64,000 nucleotides of DNA from Microcoleaceae cyanobacterium. GTDB lineage: Bacteria; Cyanobacteriota; Cyanobacteriia; Cyanobacteriales; Microcoleaceae. Position numbers and translations under genes: made by a program. Below are positions 60,005 through 64,000 of the stretch, one piece after another. Position 1 is the first letter of the stretch; each line of letters starts with the position of its first letter. Location of the stretch: positions 1 to 64,000 of the forward strand of contig JBOFUV010000131.1 of NCBI GenBank assembly GCA_051652765.1, in the 5' to 3' direction. Below the pieces are notes generated by a model. That model did not search any database. It had not been told where the DNA came from and saw only the letters and a program-made list of their open reading frames with translations.

Positions 60005-60910
60005 TCACAGGCCCAGCTTCTCTAGAACAGACTTTGTGGAAACAATATGACGGTCTAACCCTAATTTTTGGGGTTCAATACCAAGGGCGAGGGCAATCAG
60101 TTGAGGCAAGTGTAAAACGGGTAAGCCCAGGGATTGACCGATGACCTGTTCAACATCAGGTTGGCGAGAATCCAAGTTGAGATGACAGAGGGGACAGGGG
60201 GTCACCAAGCAATCTGCACCTTGAGCCATGGCTTCCTGAATGTGATTTCCGGCCATCCGAAAGGAGAGTTCGGGCGCATAGCTAGAAATGGGCCAACCGC
60301 AACATTGGGTGCGCCCCCGGTAATAAATTGGGGTGGCCCCAACTGCCCGGAAGACATTTTCCATGGATTCAGGTTGGTGGGGATCGTCATAGGGCAAACT
60401 TGCCTGACCTCGAAGCAAATAGCATCCGTAGAACGCAGCACATTTTAACCCAGACAATTTACGGGTGACCCGTTGTTCAATTTCATTCAAGCCGTAGTCC
60501 CCAATTAAGGCCCAGAGCAAATGTTTTACCACCGTTGCCCCCTTGTAAGGAGAACAACTTTGTTGATTTAACAGAGTATTAATCTGCTGAACGTAGGCTG
60601 AATCAGTCTCTTGCAAGGTTTTCAGGCGTTCATCAACCCTTCCTAAAACTCCCTGGCAGGTGCTGCAATGGGTCAGCAGGGGCAAATTCAATTCCTCGGC
60701 CAAGGCAATGTTACGGGCATTGACAGTATCTTCCAGCAATTGAGAATCTTCTTTAAATGTGCCTGAGCCACAACAGGCTGCTTTTTTTAACTCAACTAGC
60801 TCAATCCCCAAGGTTCGAGTCAAAATTTGAGTTGAGTCATAAAGCTCCCGGCAAGCTCCCTGAGCCACACAACCAGGAAAGTAAGCATATTTTAGGGTTT
60901 TAGATGGCAT
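60005..60910 (-). CDS. HdrB-like CCG-domain protein (cyanobacterial succinate dehydrogenase subunit C/SdhE type)
   Basis: YFPGC, CCGSG, CSTC, FYGC, CCGW, CPLCHLNLD. Confidence 0.85.
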   Translation of the reverse strand: MPSKTLKYAYFPGCVAQGACRELYDSTQILTRTLGIELVELKKAACCGSGTFKEDSQLLEDTVNARNIALAEELNLPLLTHCSTCQGVLGRVDERLKTLQETDSAYVQQINTLLNQQSCSPYKGATVVKHLLWALIGDYGLNEIEQRVTRKLSGLKCAAFYGCYLLRGQASLPYDDPHQPESMENVFRAVGATPIYYRGRTQCCGWPISSYAPELSFRMAGNHIQEAMAQGADCLVTPCPLCHLNLDSRQPDVEQVIGQSLGLPVLHLPQLIALALGIEPQKLGLDRHIVSTKSVLEKLGL

Positions 60911-61088
60911 GGCTTTATCTTTTGGTTCTAAGTTCCATCATCGCCTGTACTGCTCGAAATTCCAAATTCAGGAGAGCCCTGGATCTTTGCTTTTTCTTAA
61001 CAAAGTGCTAAGAACTCTTGCCTGAGGAATCCCACTTTCAGCTAAGATATTATACGCGGCATTTAACTTAAGAAAGGATTCGCAGTCT

Positions 61089-61334
61089 ATGAGTGACACG
61101 TTTGACAAGGTAAAAAAGATTGTTGCAGAGCAGCTTGAGGTTGAACCCGAGCAAGTTACCCCTGAAGCAAACTTTGCAAATGACCTAGGCGCAGACTCCC
61201 TCGACACCGTAGAGTTAGTCATGGCTCTGGAAGAAGAATTTGATATTGAGATTCCCGATGAAGCTGCGGAGCAGATCCTAACCGTTCAGGCCGTTGTAGA
61301 CTACATCGATAGCAAAGTCAAAGCATCCGCTTAG
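61089..61334 (+). CDS. acpP: Acyl carrier protein
   Basis: [35 protein letters not shown]. Confidence 0.97.
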   Translation: MSDTFDKVKKIVAEQLEVEPEQVTPEANFANDLGADSLDTVELVMALEEEFDIEIPDEAAEQILTVQAVVDYIDSKVKASA

Positions 61335-61436
61335 AGACTTTCCCCTGAATTTGAAATCGAATCAAATTACCTTTTACCTAAACCTCTGCATTTTGCATTC
61401 GGGCGTTCATTGCTGAAAACGAAAATCATAACTGAT

Positions 61437-62681
61437 ATGAACCATAAGCGCGTTGTTGTAACAGGTCTGGGCGCAATTACTCCGATCGGTAATACCCTGG
61501 TGGAGTATTGGCAAGGATTGTTGGACGGGCAGAATGGAATAGGTGCAATCACTTTGTTTGATGCGTCTAGGCATGACTGTCGGATCGCAGGGGAGGTGAA
61601 AGGATTTGAAGCCAGCGACTACCTTCCTCGGAAGGACGCAAAGCGAATGGATCGATTTTCTCAGTTTGCAGTGGTTGCCAGTCAACAGGCGATCGCTGAT
61701 GCAAACTTTGTCATTGATGACCTGAATGCAGACCAGGTTGGTGTGATCATCGGTACAGGGATTGGGGGACTCAAAGTCCTTGAAGATCAGCACGAGGTCT
61801 ATCTTACCCGTGGCCCAGATCGATGTAGCCCCTTCATGATTCCAACCATGATTGCGAACATGGCAGCGGGGTTGACGGCAATTCATCTGGGTGCAAAGGG
61901 GCCAAACTCCTGTACTGTAACGGCCTGCGCTGCCGGATCAAATGCAGTGGGTGATGCCTTTCGACTAATTCAACGGGGCTATGCTCAAGCGATGATCTGT
62001 GGGGGGACAGAGGCAGCGGTTACACCCTTGTCCCTGGCTGGGTTTGCCGCTGCCAGAACCCTTTCAACTCGAAATGACGACCCCAGTCGAGCCTGTCGTC
62101 CCTTTGATCAGGATCGGGATGGATTTGTGATGGGAGAAGGATCGGGAATCTTAATTCTGGAAGAGATGGAGTATGCCCTGAGTCGGGGGGCGCAAATTTA
62201 TGCAGAAATTGTCGGCTATGGCATGACCTGTGATGCTTACCACATGACTTCTCCTGTACCGGGTGGGGAGGGAGCAACTCGAGCAATGGCTTTGGCGATG
62301 AAAGATGCAGGGTTGACTCCCGATCGGGTGGACTATATCAATGCCCATGGAACTAGTACTCCGCTCAATGATTCCAATGAAACCGCAGCGATCAAGCGGG
62401 CATTGGGGGAAGAGGCATATAAGGTCGCTGTCAGCTCTACCAAATCCATGACAGGCCATTTATTAGGGGGTTCTGGCGGAATTGAGGCTGTCGCAACCGT
62501 GATGGCGATCGCCAATGACAAGCTACCCCCAACGATCAACCTGGAAAATCCTGATCCTGCCTGTGATTTGGATTACGTTGCCAATCACAGTCGTGACAAG
62601 GTGGTGAATGTTGCCTTGTCCAACTCTTTTGGGTTTGGGGGTCACAACGTTACTTTAGCCTTTAAAAAGTTTTGCAAGTAG
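61437..62681 (+). CDS. fabF: Beta-ketoacyl-ACP synthase II
   Basis: [40 protein letters not shown]. Confidence 0.96.
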   Translation: MNHKRVVVTGLGAITPIGNTLVEYWQGLLDGQNGIGAITLFDASRHDCRIAGEVKGFEASDYLPRKDAKRMDRFSQFAVVASQQAIADANFVIDDLNADQVGVIIGTGIGGLKVLEDQHEVYLTRGPDRCSPFMIPTMIANMAAGLTAIHLGAKGPNSCTVTACAAGSNAVGDAFRLIQRGYAQAMICGGTEAAVTPLSLAGFAAARTLSTRNDDPSRACRPFDQDRDGFVMGEGSGILILEEMEYALSRGAQIYAEIVGYGMTCDAYHMTSPVPGGEGATRAMALAMKDAGLTPDRVDYINAHGTSTPLNDSNETAAIKRALGEEAYKVAVSSTKSMTGHLLGGSGGIEAVATVMAIANDKLPPTINLENPDPACDLDYVANHSRDKVVNVALSNSFGFGGHNVTLAFKKFCK

Positions 62682-62970
62682 ATTTTGTAAGTCAGTTTTG
62701 CTTGTCAGCTTTGCAAGTCATAAACTTTTGCCAGTCAACTCGGGGTCAAACTTAGGGCTTGGTTGTTAATCAGTCAGGATGTTTCTACTAGAAGGCATTC
62801 TGACTGATTCACAGTTGACATGAGTTGCTAAAGTAAAGTCAGGATTTAGACAGTTAAGTGGTTTGCTCCCCCGGCTTCCAAACGTTGGCTAAGGTTGGCT
62901 AAGGTCTGATACAAAAGTTGAGCCGAGCCTTCCTAACCCCCTTTGGGAAGGGGATCAAACAGCACTTTGT

Positions 62971-63021
62971 TAAAACAGTTACTAAAACAATCACTAAAAC
63001 AATCACTAAAGCACTCACTAA
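62971..63021. repeat. 12-bp tandem repeat x4 upstream of ycf51
   Basis: taaaacagttac taaaacaatcac taaaacaatcac taaagcactcac. Confidence 0.8.
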
Positions 63022-63031
63022 TGATAAATCT

Positions 63032-63544
63032 ATGTTAAGTACTGCTCAACTGCTCACTTACTCTCAATGGGCTGGAATTGCCACCTTGGTTTTTGCGGTT
63101 ATTACTGGCCTTGGGTTCATTTTTAACTGGGGAATTCGCTTCCGGTTGGTCGGTGTGACTGCATTCATGGGAGTTTTAGCCGGGGGTATCTTTGGCTTGG
63201 GGTTGGGGTTATTCACACGGACAGAAATCCCTGGAGCGCTCAGCTACAGCCGTGTGTTTGACGATGGGGCGAGACAAATCGTGATTACAGTCGCACCAGA
63301 CATTACAGAATCTCAGTTGGCAGCAACCCTGCAGCAAGCGGGATCTGATTTATTCTCTCCGGGCCGAGTGGGACGTGCTAACCAATCCCTGTCAATTCGC
63401 GCCCGAACCTTAATTCATCCTCAACCGGGTATTTCTGAGCCCTTGTATTTGGGGGAGATCAAACGTTCCCTCTCCCAGCGCGAAGATAACAATTTTGAGA
63501 TCAATCTCTTTCCTGAGGCGATCGCCAAGCTCCACAAGACGTGA
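63032..63544 (+). CDS. ycf51: Ycf51 (DUF2518) family protein
   Basis: WGIRFRLVGVTAF, VFDDG, L.ATLQQA...LFSPGR, RTLIHPQPGISEP. Confidence 0.85.
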   Translation: MLSTAQLLTYSQWAGIATLVFAVITGLGFIFNWGIRFRLVGVTAFMGVLAGGIFGLGLGLFTRTEIPGALSYSRVFDDGARQIVITVAPDITESQLAATLQQAGSDLFSPGRVGRANQSLSIRARTLIHPQPGISEPLYLGEIKRSLSQREDNNFEINLFPEAIAKLHKT

Positions 63545-63588
63545 AAGTCCTAGACGAAGTTCCAACAAAGTGCAGGAGAGTTTGAGCA

Positions 63589-64000
63589 TTGAGCGATCGC
63601 GAACCGTTGCAGTCCTCTAAACTTGAAGCATCAGGTCAACCCCCTGAATTGTTAGAATTCATCCCTGCGATCGCCCAGATGGTGATCGCGATCGGTGCTA
63701 TTCCCAAAGAGATTGTCAGACGCTACCAACAAATCAATCCTCACTGTCAATTTGTCACCCTAGAATCAGGGGATTTAATGGCGGCGGGACTGGCAGTAGG
63801 ATCAATTGATTGCCTGCTGTTTGATGGTACCTTAGCCCATTTTCATCATTTTTCAGCAGTCCTCTCTCATCAACTGGATTTTTTGCGAGATGGCGGGCAA
63901 GTTTTAACCCTGATTCCCAATGCTCAATACTGGGTAAATATTGTAAATCTGTTGCGAGGGAAAGTCGAACCCTTGGAAGTTGCAAGGTCTAGCTTCAATC
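63589..64000 (+). CDS. 3'-truncated protein with a degenerate methyltransferase-like N-terminus (not in ORF track)
   Basis: Open from TTG 63589 (AGGAGA RBS) to the window end: ...ELLEFIP...YQQINPHCQF...SIDCLLFDGTLAHF...LRDGGQVLTLIPNAQYWVNIVNLLRG. Confidence 0.6.
   Translation, partial: MSDREPLQSSKLEASGQPPELLEFIPAIAQMVIAIGAIPKEIVRRYQQINPHCQFVTLESGDLMAAGLAVGSIDCLLFDGTLAHFHHFSAVLSHQLDFLRDGGQVLTLIPNAQYWVNIVNLLRGKVEPLEVARSSFN

Noticed and set aside
60005..60910. HdrB as evidence of methanogen-like metabolism
   Set aside because: A standard cyanobacterial CCG-domain protein usually assigned to succinate dehydrogenase.
62918..63031. N-terminal extension of Ycf51 (KTVTKTITKTIT)
   Set aside because: Arises from the 12-bp tandem repeat; the recognisable protein starts at ATG 63032.

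Overview
A 64 kb stretch of cyanobacterial chromosome, shown by frequent HIP1 (GCGATCGC) octamers and by psbK, nblA, cpcS, por, rpaB, pmgA, vipp1 and ycf51. It is mostly housekeeping genes: menE/menD/menB, bioD/bioB/bioY, pyrH-frr, pstSCAB, acpP-fabF, radA, dnaE and speB. Two real small genes are missing from the supplied ORF track: psbK (16165-16302, minus) and nblA (36500-36667, plus). The most notable items are: (1) an aminophosphonate-utilisation locus at 3.2-10.4 kb, with an FAD amine oxidoreductase and a phosphonatase divergent from an AepX/PhnS2T2U2-type ABC transporter, a Pho-box-like promoter, no phnW or local regulator, and two copies of a short repeat bracketing it; (2) a contiguous, intein-free dnaE with the exteins joined as [10 protein letters not shown], where many well-studied cyanobacteria have a split intein; (3) a tandem pair of small RelE/ParE-like proteins with no obvious antitoxin; (4) a sulfotransferase-methyltransferase-GT4-RTX surface protein cluster coupled to radA; (5) a thioredoxin-family protein lacking its CxxC. 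No rRNA, tRNA, CRISPR array or transposase was recognised. All family assignments come from motif recognition by eye, not database searches.
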